Numbered from the stretch's first letter, positions 1-9,837 are shown. The stretch: 45,292 bases of DNA from Alphaproteobacteria bacterium (GCA_018666195.1 JABJAG010000202.1:1-45292), one strand, 5' to 3'. Notes: generated by a model not told the origin, from the sequence alone. Numbers and translations are program-made.

Positions 1-549
1 ATGGTGATGTACGACAAGCAGACGGAAAGCTGGTGGCAACAATTTACCGGTCAGGCGATCATTGGTGGACTGTCCGGCAAAACCTTGACAGCATTGCCGG
101 CGCGTCTCGAATCCGTTGCGAAGTTCAAGGCTCGTGCACCAAACGGTAAGGTGCTGATTCCCGAAGATGAGGGCGCGCGTCCTTATGGAGCCTCGCCCTA
201 TCAGGGCATGGATACGCAGGTCATTCCGCGTGCACTGCGCGTTGCTCAATTCCCCTACCCATTGCCTGATGGCATCCAGCCTCTCGAACGTGTTGTGGTC
301 GTGGGAGAGGACGCTTGGACGCTCGCCCATTTGCGTGAGAATACGCCTGTTCGCAGGGGTGGACTGGTTCTGACCTGGGAGGCCGGTCAGAATTCGATCC
401 ACGATTCACAATTGATTTTCCGCGGGCGTGATGTGGGCAATGTGATTGTGCAGCAGAAAACTGATAATGGCCTTGTAGATGTTCCTTACGACGTGGTTTT
501 TGCGTTTTCATTCAGCGCGTTCCACCCAGATGGCGAGCTACATTTCTAG
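1..549 (+). CDS. DUF3179 family protein, 5'-truncated by the window edge
   Basis: MVMYD..ESWWQQFTG and the C-terminal FAFSFSAFHPDG motif; aligns by eye with the C-terminal half of the next ORF, so Met1 is internal. Confidence 0.8.
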   Translation: MVMYDKQTESWWQQFTGQAIIGGLSGKTLTALPARLESVAKFKARAPNGKVLIPEDEGARPYGASPYQGMDTQVIPRALRVAQFPYPLPDGIQPLERVVVVGEDAWTLAHLRENTPVRRGGLVLTWEAGQNSIHDSQLIFRGRDVGNVIVQQKTDNGLVDVPYDVVFAFSFSAFHPDGELHF

Positions 550-1534
550 GTTTCTGACTCTCTTTTGCATTCTGCTGTGGCCGCTCCACGGTGCATTGGC
601 TGCAGATGTTGAAACCTGGAAACGTGAATTTCCCCGGACGAACTTTGAGCGCGCTCGGGTGCCGCTCACGGAAATCCGTGATGATGGAAATTTTCGCGAC
701 ACAATTTCAGCAATTGATAATCCCGTGTTTCAGCCTGTCGGCTCGCTGTCGGCGATGGGGCCGCTGGAGCCGGTTCTGTCGGTTGTGGTAGGTGACGATG
801 CGCGTGCATATCCGTTGCGAATGCTGCTCTGGCACGAGATCGTCAACGACACGGTCGGTGGGGTCCCACTGCTGATCAGTTACTGCCCGTTATGCAATTC
901 CGGAGTTGTCTACGACCGGCGCGTTGGAAGACAGACACTGCGCTTTGGCAATACAGGCCGGATACGACATTTCGACATGGTGATGTACGACCACGATGGT
1001 GAAAGCTGGTGGCAACAGTTCACCGGTGAAGCGATCGTCGGGGCGGCGGCGGGGACGCGTCTCAAATCGTTTCCGGCGCGGCTGGAGTCTCTGGCCAGGT
1101 TTCGGGACCGCGCGCCCGGCGGGCGCGTGATGGTACCAGCAGATGTCATGGCGCAGCCTTATGGTCAAACGCCCTATTACGGCATGGATACGCTCTGGGA
1201 GACCCAATCAAAAAACATGCTGCGCGAACGTTACGCATACGATCTGCCAGAAGATATCTGTCCGCTCACGCGGGTGGTTGTGGTCGAAGGGAAGGCCTGG
1301 TCTTTGGGTTTTCTCCGCGCCCAACAACGCGTTGAAGAGGATGATCTCCGGCTGACATGGACAGCTGGTCAAAACTCAATTCATGACCATCCAATTTTGC
1401 TTGCTGGTCGCGACGTGGGGAATGTCGTGGTGCAGCGCATTGGCTCAGACGGCATACTGAAAGATGTTTCCTACGATGTGACATTTGCGTTCGCGTTCCG
1501 CGCTTTTCTGCCAGACGGCGTGATTGTGTTTTGA
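530..1534 (+). CDS. DUF3179 family exported CxxC protein
   Basis: ATG at 530 gives a signal peptide (MASYISRFLTLFCILLWPLHGALA); motifs RAYPLRMLLWHEIVND, SYCPLCNSG, DMVMYD, ESWWQQFTG. Confidence 0.85.
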   Translation: MASYISRFLTLFCILLWPLHGALAADVETWKREFPRTNFERARVPLTEIRDDGNFRDTISAIDNPVFQPVGSLSAMGPLEPVLSVVVGDDARAYPLRMLLWHEIVNDTVGGVPLLISYCPLCNSGVVYDRRVGRQTLRFGNTGRIRHFDMVMYDHDGESWWQQFTGEAIVGAAAGTRLKSFPARLESLARFRDRAPGGRVMVPADVMAQPYGQTPYYGMDTLWETQSKNMLRERYAYDLPEDICPLTRVVVVEGKAWSLGFLRAQQRVEEDDLRLTWTAGQNSIHDHPILLAGRDVGNVVVQRIGSDGILKDVSYDVTFAFAFRAFLPDGVIVF

Positions 1535-1606
1535 AAGTGAATTCGTGTGCTTCCAATCGACGCTTCGGGCAAGTTTCGGTATAGTCGGATTCTGGAGAAA
1601 TTTACG

Positions 1607-3712
1607 ATGCCACTGGATCAAAACCGCACAGAATCTGGGGTTGAAGACCTGAACGACGTTCAGGTTTTTCACTCTGCATGCCCTCATGATTGTCCGAGCA
1701 CTTGCGCGCTAGAGGTCGAACGCCTCAACCCGCAGACCATCGGGCGTGTTCGTGGGGCGAGTGCGAATACCTACACCTCGGGGGTGATCTGCGCGAAAGT
1801 CGCGCGTTATGCCGAGCGGGTGCATCATCCCGACCGTCTGACAAAGCCGCTACGTCGAGTCGGCGCGAAAGGCCTTGGACGCGAGGCCTTCGAGGAAATC
1901 TCCTGGGACGAGGCACTCGATATTGTGGCCGGTAAACTCAAAAGCGCTGCTGATCTGCACGGCCCGGAAACAGTCTGGCCCTATTATTATGCTGGCACGA
2001 TGGGTCTGGTACAGCGAGACGGCATTAATCGCTTGCGCCACGCAATGGGATATTCACGCCAGCATTCGACGTTCTGCAATACGCTGGCCGATGCGGGCTG
2101 GCTCGCAGGCGCGGGCTCGAAGACGGGCGTTGATGCGCGGGAGATGGTGGAGTCAGATTTAATCGTGATCTGGGGCTGCAATCCGGTGAGTACGCAGGTC
2201 AATGTGATGACCCATGCGACCCGTGCTCGAAAGACCCGAAATGCGAAGATCGTGGTTATAGATCCTTACGAAACCGAATCTGCCAAGCAGGCTGATATTC
2301 ATCTGATGCCGAACCCTGGCACTGACGGTGCGCTGGCTTGTGCTGTCATGCATGTGTTGTTCCGCGATGGATATGCAGATCGCGCTTACCTTGAAAAATT
2401 TACATCGGGATATGTGGAACTTGAGGCGCATCTGAAATTTCGAACACCGGACTGGGCCGAGGCAATCACGGGCATTTCTGCGGACGAGATTGAGGCATTT
2501 GCTGCGTTCTACGGAAAGACCCAACGGAGCTATCTGCGGCTGGGCTTTGGATTCACACGATCGCGCAACGGCGCAGTACAGATGTTTTCGGCGAGCTGCC
2601 TGCCGGCTGTAACTGGTGCGTGGCAGTATCCGGGTGGTGGGGCGCTGTATTCGAATGGTGGTATCTACGGGATCGATCAAACTCTCATCAAAGGTGAGGA
2701 TGTGATGGACACGTCGACTCGACTGCTAGATCAATCGCGTATCGGGCCGATTTTGACAGGTGATCCGCGTGACCTCGGAGATGGTCCCCCGGTCTCCGCG
2801 TTGTTCATCCAGAACACGAATCCGATGAATGTGGCACCTGATCTGGGCAAAGTACGCGAAGGTTTTGCGCGCGAGGATTTGTTTGTCTGTGTGCACGAAC
2901 AGTTTCTGACAGAAACCGCCGAGATGGCAGACATCGTGCTGCCAGCGACAACCTTTCTTGAACATGACGATATGTATGTGGCCGGAGGCCACACTCATCT
3001 TCAGGTGACCCGTGCTGTGATCGATCCGGTGGGAGAGTCGCGTTCCAACCACTGGGTACTGGCCGAGCTGGCCAAACGCCTGAATACGGATCACCCTGGT
3101 TTCGCCATGAGCGAATGGGAACTCATGGATGACGCGTTACAACGCTCAGGTTATCCCGATGTACAAACTTGCTGGGAGGGCCACTGGGAAGACCGCGCCT
3201 TGTCTTTTGAGGAGGCACATTTCCTCGAAGGTTTTGGGCATGACGACGGCAAATTCCACTTCATGCCCGACTGGTCGCAGATCGGCGGCAATCACGCCGG
3301 GATGCCGGCACTGCCGGATCACTATGATGCAATTGATGCACGGGATGATGAGCATCCGTTTCGGCTTGTGACCGCTCCGTCACGAAATTACCTCAACACC
3401 AGTTTCACCGAGACGGCAACGAGCCAGTCCCGGGAGGGACGACCTGAGGCGCAACTCCACCCCGACGTCTGCGGGGAGTTGCAGCTAGAAGCTGGTGATC
3501 TGGTGCGGATCGGCAACGTGCAGGGTTCTGTAGTTGTGCATGCGCGCCCGACACCGGGACTACGCCGGAATACGGTGATCGTCGAAAGCGTCTGGCCGAA
3601 CAAGGCATTTGTTGAGGGAATGGGGATCAATGTGCTGATCAGCGCAGAGGCTGGCCGCCCGAATGGTGGGGCCGTGTTCCACGATACTGCGGTTTGGCTG
3701 CGATCAGCATGA
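1607..3712 (+). CDS. Molybdopterin (bis-MGD) oxidoreductase, DMSO reductase superfamily, probably cytoplasmic
   Basis: N-terminal CPHDCPSTC..C Fe-S motif, ISWDEALD, WGCNP, TETAEMADIVLPA, C-terminal molybdopterin-binding domain; GGAG before ATG 1607; no Tat signal. Confidence 0.92.
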   Translation: MPLDQNRTESGVEDLNDVQVFHSACPHDCPSTCALEVERLNPQTIGRVRGASANTYTSGVICAKVARYAERVHHPDRLTKPLRRVGAKGLGREAFEEISWDEALDIVAGKLKSAADLHGPETVWPYYYAGTMGLVQRDGINRLRHAMGYSRQHSTFCNTLADAGWLAGAGSKTGVDAREMVESDLIVIWGCNPVSTQVNVMTHATRARKTRNAKIVVIDPYETESAKQADIHLMPNPGTDGALACAVMHVLFRDGYADRAYLEKFTSGYVELEAHLKFRTPDWAEAITGISADEIEAFAAFYGKTQRSYLRLGFGFTRSRNGAVQMFSASCLPAVTGAWQYPGGGALYSNGGIYGIDQTLIKGEDVMDTSTRLLDQSRIGPILTGDPRDLGDGPPVSALFIQNTNPMNVAPDLGKVREGFAREDLFVCVHEQFLTETAEMADIVLPATTFLEHDDMYVAGGHTHLQVTRAVIDPVGESRSNHWVLAELAKRLNTDHPGFAMSEWELMDDALQRSGYPDVQTCWEGHWEDRALSFEEAHFLEGFGHDDGKFHFMPDWSQIGGNHAGMPALPDHYDAIDARDDEHPFRLVTAPSRNYLNTSFTETATSQSREGRPEAQLHPDVCGELQLEAGDLVRIGNVQGSVVVHARPTPGLRRNTVIVESVWPNKAFVEGMGINVLISAEAGRPNGGAVFHDTAVWLRSA

Positions 3713-4542
3713 GCACGACCGTTATTGTCCTCGGCAACGAGAAGGGTGGAACGGGAAAATCGACCACAGCGATGCACATCATTGTTGGATTGCTGCGCGA
3801 AGGTTATGCCGTAGGGGCGATTGATCTTGATGCCCGTCAGGGTACGTTGACGCGATATTTCGACAATCGCGTCGCCTATGCTGAAAAGACGGGCATGAAC
3901 TTGCCGCAACCTGTCTATCGCTCGATCCAGCGCAGCGAATTGCGAGACAAGGTTCTGGCGACAGAAGACGAGCGTCAGCAGGTGCAGAACCTGGTCGATG
4001 ATATCTCCCGGCATTGCGATATCATCGTGATTGACACCCCGGGTAGCGACAATCCGCTATCCCGAGCAGGACACTCGTTTGCGGACATTCTCGTCACACC
4101 AATGAATGACAGTTTTGTGGATTTGGATTTGCTTGGACATATCGATCCGGACACCAATGCTGTCCGTGCGCTCAGCAGCTATTCCGAAATGGTCTGGGAT
4201 CAGAAGAAGTCTCGTGCGCTACGTGATGGTGGTTCGATCGACTGGGTGGTCATGCGAAATCGATTGGCGACACTCGATACGAAGAACAAGCGAAACATGG
4301 ATGCTGCGCTGGAGGCATTGTCCGAACGGCTGGCATTTCGCCTGGCGCATGGTTTCAGCGAGCGGGTGATTTTTCGCGAATTGTTTCTGAAAGGACTTAC
4401 CCTGCTGGACGTCCGCGAAGAAAGGTCGGCAGTCGAGTTGACGATGTCCCATGTGGCGGCATTGCAGGAAGTCAGGAACCTGCTACATGCATTGGGCGTT
4501 CCTGAAGTCGTTGCCGCACCCAGTGTCGCGGCTTCAGGGTAG
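3709..4542 (+). CDS. mipZ: Division plane positioning ATPase MipZ (ParA/MinD family)
   Basis: GNEKGGTGKST deviant Walker A, DTPGSD, TPMNDSFVDLD, DWVVMRNR, ERVIFRELFLKGLT; ATGA overlap with the upstream stop. Confidence 0.93.
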   Translation: MSTTVIVLGNEKGGTGKSTTAMHIIVGLLREGYAVGAIDLDARQGTLTRYFDNRVAYAEKTGMNLPQPVYRSIQRSELRDKVLATEDERQQVQNLVDDISRHCDIIVIDTPGSDNPLSRAGHSFADILVTPMNDSFVDLDLLGHIDPDTNAVRALSSYSEMVWDQKKSRALRDGGSIDWVVMRNRLATLDTKNKRNMDAALEALSERLAFRLAHGFSERVIFRELFLKGLTLLDVREERSAVELTMSHVAALQEVRNLLHALGVPEVVAAPSVAASG

Positions 4543-4551
4543 GAGCGGCAT

Positions 4552-5277
4552 ATGACCGGTGACACGCACGATCCGAAACTACCGGCAGGCCGATCCAGCC
4601 GTGCTGACATTGATGCGTTCCTCAACAAGGTTGCAACCACACCTGTTCAGCGTTCGGCTGGGCAACGAGGACGGTTGCTGTTCGCCATTGATGCAACGGC
4701 CAGCCGCGAGCCCACATGGGACATGGCCTGCCAGTTGCAGTCAGAGATGTTTACCTCAACAGAGGAAATCGGAGGGCTGGAAGTTCAACTGGCCTTTTAT
4801 CGTGGATTTGGCGAAATGAAGGTCACCCAGTGGCTTGAATCTCCCGAAGAGTTGGTAAGGCGTATGTTGAAGGTACGTTGCCTTGCCGGGCGTACCCAGA
4901 TCCGGAAACTGCTCAGCCACACCCTGAAAGAAACCAGCCGTCGCAAGGTTGATGCACTGGTTTTTGTGGGTGATGTGGTTGAAGAGGATATTGACGATCT
5001 GGGTCATCTGGCTGGTCAGTTGGGGCTGGTAGGTACTCCGGTGTTTATCTTTCATGAGGGCGGTGAGCCAATCTCGCGCCGTGCCTTTGAACAGGTTGCG
5101 CGTTTGTCGGGCGGAGCTTGCTGTGGTTTTGATGCGGGTAGCGCCAAGCAATTACGTGAGCTTCTGGCCGCTGTGGCCGTCTTCTCGGCGGGCGGTCGTC
5201 GCGCGTTGGAGAATTTGGGCAAAACCCGCGGCGGGCGGGTGTTGCAAATTGCTGATCAGATGCGTGGAAAGAGGTAG
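4552..5277 (+). CDS. vWA domain-containing protein
   Basis: LLFAIDATASR MIDAS-like DxTxS motif, VFVGD, PVFIFHEG; AGGAG RBS. Confidence 0.85.
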   Translation: MTGDTHDPKLPAGRSSRADIDAFLNKVATTPVQRSAGQRGRLLFAIDATASREPTWDMACQLQSEMFTSTEEIGGLEVQLAFYRGFGEMKVTQWLESPEELVRRMLKVRCLAGRTQIRKLLSHTLKETSRRKVDALVFVGDVVEEDIDDLGHLAGQLGLVGTPVFIFHEGGEPISRRAFEQVARLSGGACCGFDAGSAKQLRELLAAVAVFSAGGRRALENLGKTRGGRVLQIADQMRGKR

Positions 5278-5282
5278 CCCCG

Positions 5283-6011
5283 ATGGCTTGGATTGCATTT
5301 GGTTTCTGTTTTCTCCTTGGCTTGTATCTGGTCGGACGATGGTTCGTGAATGCGCAGCCGGCTGATGTCTTCCGAGCCTTGCGTTGGGTGGCTGGCGGTA
5401 TTGTTGTTTTCGGGTTAATCGCAATTGCGATATCCGGTCGCTGGAATTTGCTCTGGGCACTATCCTTTCCGGTATTCCCGCTATTGATGCGTTGGCGGGC
5501 TATACGCAGCATGCAGAAAAATGCTCGTGGGCCGAGTTCGGGGCAGGCCAGCGAAATTGATACGCGATATCTGCGGATGACTCTCGACCACGATACCGGT
5601 GACATGGATGGCACTGTCCGCGAGGGTGCATTTTCAGGTCTTATTTTGTCAGACATGAAGCTCGGTGAATTGATCGAGCTTTGGCGTGAATGCGCGCGGG
5701 AAGATGAACAGTCCCGTAGTGTTCTGGAAAGTTATCTTGATCGTGCGCAGCCGGAATGGCGCGATGTGGTCGGAGAGGCAGCTGCAGGTGGTTCCGAGAG
5801 ACGCACCGGCAATCCCGAAAGCCCCTGGACCCGCGATGGCATGAGTGTGGACGAGGCTCGTGAAATACTTGGCGTGAGCCCGGGTGCCTCGGATTTGGAT
5901 ATTGAGGCTGCCTATCGTCAGGAAATGAAACGCGCACATCCGGATCAGGGTGGGTCCGACTGGATGGCCGCCAAGGTGAATCAGGCCAAAGATGCGCTGC
6001 TGAGCCGATAG
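5283..6011 (+). CDS. Membrane-anchored J-domain (DnaJ-like) protein
   Basis: N-terminal hydrophobic segments; C-terminal J domain EAREILGV..AHPDQGGS..KVNQAKD. Confidence 0.88.
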   Translation: MAWIAFGFCFLLGLYLVGRWFVNAQPADVFRALRWVAGGIVVFGLIAIAISGRWNLLWALSFPVFPLLMRWRAIRSMQKNARGPSSGQASEIDTRYLRMTLDHDTGDMDGTVREGAFSGLILSDMKLGELIELWRECAREDEQSRSVLESYLDRAQPEWRDVVGEAAAGGSERRTGNPESPWTRDGMSVDEAREILGVSPGASDLDIEAAYRQEMKRAHPDQGGSDWMAAKVNQAKDALLSR

Positions 6012-6100
6012 GCCACTGCGCTTGCGCGGTATCGTGGCGCTATGGCAAAAGTTCGGTTCCAGCCGCTTGGCGCACCGCAAACGGACTCCGCTCCAAAATC

Positions 6101-6982
6101 ATGGCAAACCGCGTACGCAAAGCGATCTTCCCGGTTGGCGGCATGGGGACACGATTTCTCCCCGCCACTAAGGCGATGCCGAAGGAAATGCTCCCGGTGG
6201 TCGACCGGCCGCTCATTCAGTATGCGGTCGATGAGGCTCGGGATGCTGGTATCGAACAATTCATCTTTGTAACGGGGCGCGGCAAAAGCGCCATTGAAGA
6301 TCATTTCGACCACAGTGTTGAGCTCGAGGCCCTGTTGCGGGAGCGGGATAAAGACGATGCATTGGCTGATCTCCGCGAAACCCTCCTGCCACCCGGTGAT
6401 ATCGCCTATTTGCGCCAGCAGGAGCCGCTGGGTCTTGGCCATGCCGTCTGGTGCGCGCGTCATCTGGTCGGTGATGAACCCTTTGCTGTTCTTCTGGCAG
6501 ACGATTTGATCATGGCCGATACGCCCTGCCTCAAGCAGATGGCAGATGTCTTCGAAGATACCGGTGGCAATGTCGTCGCAGCGATGGAAGTGCCTGACGA
6601 TCACACTTCGCGTTACGGCATTATCGATGCTGGCGGCGCGACTGGTGATGTGCGCCCGGTCAGGGGGTTGGTTGAGAAACCTGCCGCGGGGACGGCACCG
6701 TCCAATCTGGCTGTCATTGGTCGCTATATCCTGATGCCCGATGTGTTCACCGAACTTGAGCGTCAGGAGACTGGTGCGGGTGGCGAAATTCAGCTGACGG
6801 ATGCGATGGCGCGCCTGATCGACCGGCAACCGTTTCACGGACTGGCCTTCGAAGGACAGCGTTTCGATTGCGGAGACAAGCTGGGGTTTCTGGAAGCCAA
6901 CATCGCATTTGCCCTGGCCCGTGACGATCTGGGCTCAGGCACACGCGAAATGATTGCCCGTGTGACCAAGGCGTCCGCATGA
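6101..6982 (+). CDS. galU: UTP--glucose-1-phosphate uridylyltransferase
   Basis: GGMGTRFLPATKAMPKEMLP, LGLGHAV, VEKP, GEIQLTDA. Confidence 0.97.
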   Translation: MANRVRKAIFPVGGMGTRFLPATKAMPKEMLPVVDRPLIQYAVDEARDAGIEQFIFVTGRGKSAIEDHFDHSVELEALLRERDKDDALADLRETLLPPGDIAYLRQQEPLGLGHAVWCARHLVGDEPFAVLLADDLIMADTPCLKQMADVFEDTGGNVVAAMEVPDDHTSRYGIIDAGGATGDVRPVRGLVEKPAAGTAPSNLAVIGRYILMPDVFTELERQETGAGGEIQLTDAMARLIDRQPFHGLAFEGQRFDCGDKLGFLEANIAFALARDDLGSGTREMIARVTKASA

Positions 6983-8301
6983 AGATCGCGATGGTTGGCA
7001 CTGGCTATGTGGGGCTTGTCTCGGGAGCCTGTTTTTCTGAATTTGGCTGGGATGTTGTGTGTGTCGACAACAATGCCGACAAGATAACGATGCTCGAGAA
7101 CGGGCAAATGCCGATCTATGAGCCGGGCCTCGATGACCTTGTTGATCGCAATGTTGCGGCTGGACGTTTGAGCTTCACAACCGATCTTGCCAGTGCGGTC
7201 AAAACGGCTGACGCGGTTTTTATCGCTGTGGGCACGCCTTCGCGATGCGGTGATGGTCACGCGGATCTAAGCTATGTTTTTCAGGCGGCTGAGGATATCG
7301 CGCGCCATGCGGATGGGTACACGGTCGTGGTCACCAAATCGACCGTGCCGGTGGGTACAGGCCGTGAAGTCATGGAGCGCATTCAGGCCGTGCGCCCGGA
7401 TGGTGAAATCGAAATCGCCTCAAATCCGGAATTTCTGCGCGAAGGCTCAGCGATTGAAGATTTCAAGCGCCCGGACCGCGTGGTGATTGGCGCAGATTCC
7501 GAGCGTGCAGCTGAAACAGTGGGTTCGCTGTATCGGCCGTTGTTCTTGCGTGATACGCCGATTATTCACACCAGTCTGGAAACGGCTGAATTGATCAAAT
7601 ATGCCGCCAATACGTTTCTGGCAACGAAGATCACCTTTATCAACGAATTTGCTGACCTGTGTGAAAAGGTCGGCGCGGATGTGCAGGATGTGGCGAAGGG
7701 GATCGGCCTCGACGGTCGTATCGGCTCCAAGTTTCTGCATGCCGGCCCGGGTTATGGCGGGTCGTGTTTTCCTAAAGATACCGAGGCGCTCGTGCGTTCT
7801 GCACGCGATGTGGGTGCGCCGATCTCCATTGTGGAGCAAGTGATCGAGGTCAACACCAATCGCAAGGAAGCGATGGCCCTGAAAATCATTGATGCGTGCG
7901 GTGGTGATGTCTCTGGCAAAACGGTTGCGGTACTGGGTTTGACGTTCAAACCCAATACCGATGACATGCGGGACTCGCCCAGCTTGGTGATCGTGCCGCG
8001 CCTGATTGAAGCGGGGGCGACTGTGCGGGTGTTTGACCCGGTTGGCATGGATGAGGCTAAGGCGATCATGGATGGACCGGTCTGGTGTTCAGATGCTTAT
8101 GATGCAATGGATGGCGCTGACGTCGTGGCGATTGTGACGGAGTGGAACGAATTCCGTGCTCTTGATCTGCAACGTGCCAAAGAACTTTTGAACCGTCCGG
8201 TTATGGTTGATTTACGCAATATCTATCGCCCAGAAGAAATGCGTGAATCCGGTTTCGACTACATTTCAATTGGTCGTGCTGCTGTAGCGGCGACCAGCTA
8301 A
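6979..8301 (+). CDS. ugd: UDP-glucose 6-dehydrogenase
   Basis: GTGYVG, KSTVPVGT, SNPEFLREG, GYGGSCFPKD, FKPNTDDMR. Confidence 0.96.
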   Translation: MKIAMVGTGYVGLVSGACFSEFGWDVVCVDNNADKITMLENGQMPIYEPGLDDLVDRNVAAGRLSFTTDLASAVKTADAVFIAVGTPSRCGDGHADLSYVFQAAEDIARHADGYTVVVTKSTVPVGTGREVMERIQAVRPDGEIEIASNPEFLREGSAIEDFKRPDRVVIGADSERAAETVGSLYRPLFLRDTPIIHTSLETAELIKYAANTFLATKITFINEFADLCEKVGADVQDVAKGIGLDGRIGSKFLHAGPGYGGSCFPKDTEALVRSARDVGAPISIVEQVIEVNTNRKEAMALKIIDACGGDVSGKTVAVLGLTFKPNTDDMRDSPSLVIVPRLIEAGATVRVFDPVGMDEAKAIMDGPVWCSDAYDAMDGADVVAIVTEWNEFRALDLQRAKELLNRPVMVDLRNIYRPEEMRESGFDYISIGRAAVAATS

Positions 8302-8310
8302 GGGATCCGT

Positions 8311-9696
8311 ATGTCCAGTCCCCATAGTTTCAATCCGACCATTCTACGCGAGTACGACATTCGCGGCGTTGTTGATGACACGCTCTCGCGTGATGATGCC
8401 TATGCCGTGGGGCGCGCGTTTGGAACCTGCGTTGTTGAGGCAGGCGGAGATCAGGCAGCGCTTGGGTTTGATGGGCGTTTGACGTCGCCGGGGCTTGCAG
8501 AGGCTGTGCTCGAGGGGCTGATGGCCTGTGGCCTGCACGTCAAACGGATCAACATGGGGCCAACCCCGATGCTTTCGTTTGCCATACGACATCTCGATAC
8601 CGGGTCTGGGATTATGGTGACCGGCAGTCACAACCCGTCGGATTACAACGGTTTCAAGATGACGCTGGCGAGCAAGCCGTTCTTTGGTGACGCCATCCAG
8701 CGTCTGGGCTCCATCGCCGAAAGCGCCAGTTATGCGTCTGGCGAGGGCAGTGTCGAGGATTTCGATATTCGCAGCGATTATGTGGATGTGTTGGCGCGCG
8801 AGCATCAGCCTCTTCGCATGGCACGTATCGCTTGGGACCCGGGCAATGGTGCGGCGGGCGAGGTGCTGAATATGCTCTGTACGCGCATGCCGGGGCATCA
8901 TCACGTGGTGAATGGCATTGTGGACGGGACATTTCCAGGGCATCACCCCGATCCCACTGTCGCCGAGAACCTTGTCGATCTGCAGAACCATATTGCCGAG
9001 CATGATTGCGAATTGGGAATTGCCTTTGATGGCGATGGCGACCGTGTGGGCGTGGTCGATGGAAAAGGGCGAATTCTTTGGGCTGACCAGCTGATGATGC
9101 TCTTTGCCGAGGATGTTCTCCGCGAAGACCCGGGTGCAACAATCATCGCGGACGTAAAATCCAGTCAGGTGCTCTTCGATGAGATTGCCCGGCTTGGTGG
9201 CGTGCCTATCATGTGGAAGACGGGGCATTCGCTGATCAAATCGAAGATGTCGGAAACAGGGTCGCCGCTGGCCGGTGAAATGAGCGGACACATCTTCTTC
9301 GCGGACCGATATTTTGGGTTTGATGATGGGCTGTATGCCGCGGTGCGACTGCTGGCACTATTGGAACGACAGCAGATCACGCTGGCCGAATTGCGTGACC
9401 GCATCCCGGAAGTTGAAAACACCCCTGAACTGCGGTTCCCCTGCGCTGAAGAGCGCAAGTTTGATGTGATTGAGGAAGTCTCTGCGCGTCTGGATTCCGC
9501 CGGAGCGGATGTCACGTCCATTGATGGGGTTCGGGTGAACACCGAAGACGGCTGGTGGCTGTTGCGGGCTTCAAATACGCAGGATGTGCTGGTGGCGCGT
9601 TGCGAGGCCCGGGATATCGATGGGCTTACTCGTCTCAAAAGCGCACTGACAGCGCAATTGGCCGAGAGTGGAATTGCCGCACCCGAGGACCTTTGA
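8311..9696 (+). CDS. Phosphomannomutase/phosphoglucomutase (AlgC/PgmG type)
   Basis: REYDIRG, TGSHNP phosphoserine loop, FDGDGDR, GEMSGH, RASNT. Confidence 0.95.
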   Translation: MSSPHSFNPTILREYDIRGVVDDTLSRDDAYAVGRAFGTCVVEAGGDQAALGFDGRLTSPGLAEAVLEGLMACGLHVKRINMGPTPMLSFAIRHLDTGSGIMVTGSHNPSDYNGFKMTLASKPFFGDAIQRLGSIAESASYASGEGSVEDFDIRSDYVDVLAREHQPLRMARIAWDPGNGAAGEVLNMLCTRMPGHHHVVNGIVDGTFPGHHPDPTVAENLVDLQNHIAEHDCELGIAFDGDGDRVGVVDGKGRILWADQLMMLFAEDVLREDPGATIIADVKSSQVLFDEIARLGGVPIMWKTGHSLIKSKMSETGSPLAGEMSGHIFFADRYFGFDDGLYAAVRLLALLERQQITLAELRDRIPEVENTPELRFPCAEERKFDVIEEVSARLDSAGADVTSIDGVRVNTEDGWWLLRASNTQDVLVARCEARDIDGLTRLKSALTAQLAESGIAAPEDL

Positions 9697-9837
9697 AACG
9701 GGGAGCGACGGGCGTTATCTTGCTCGGCAAGTCGGTGGCACAAGTTCCTTTCCGGAATTGAGCTTCGCCCGATAGATAGAACCGGCTAAATTACCGGAAC
9801 GAAATTCAGGAAACCGCACTCAAAGAAAGAGGCCGCG

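Noticed and set aside
530-3712. Selenocysteine recoding in the DUF3179 protein or the Mo enzyme
   Set aside because: Both ORFs are uninterrupted and use Cys at the motif positions
5981-9291. Long antisense ORFs over galU (285 aa) and the phosphomannomutase (315 aa)
   Set aside because: Shadow ORFs of well-supported sense genes
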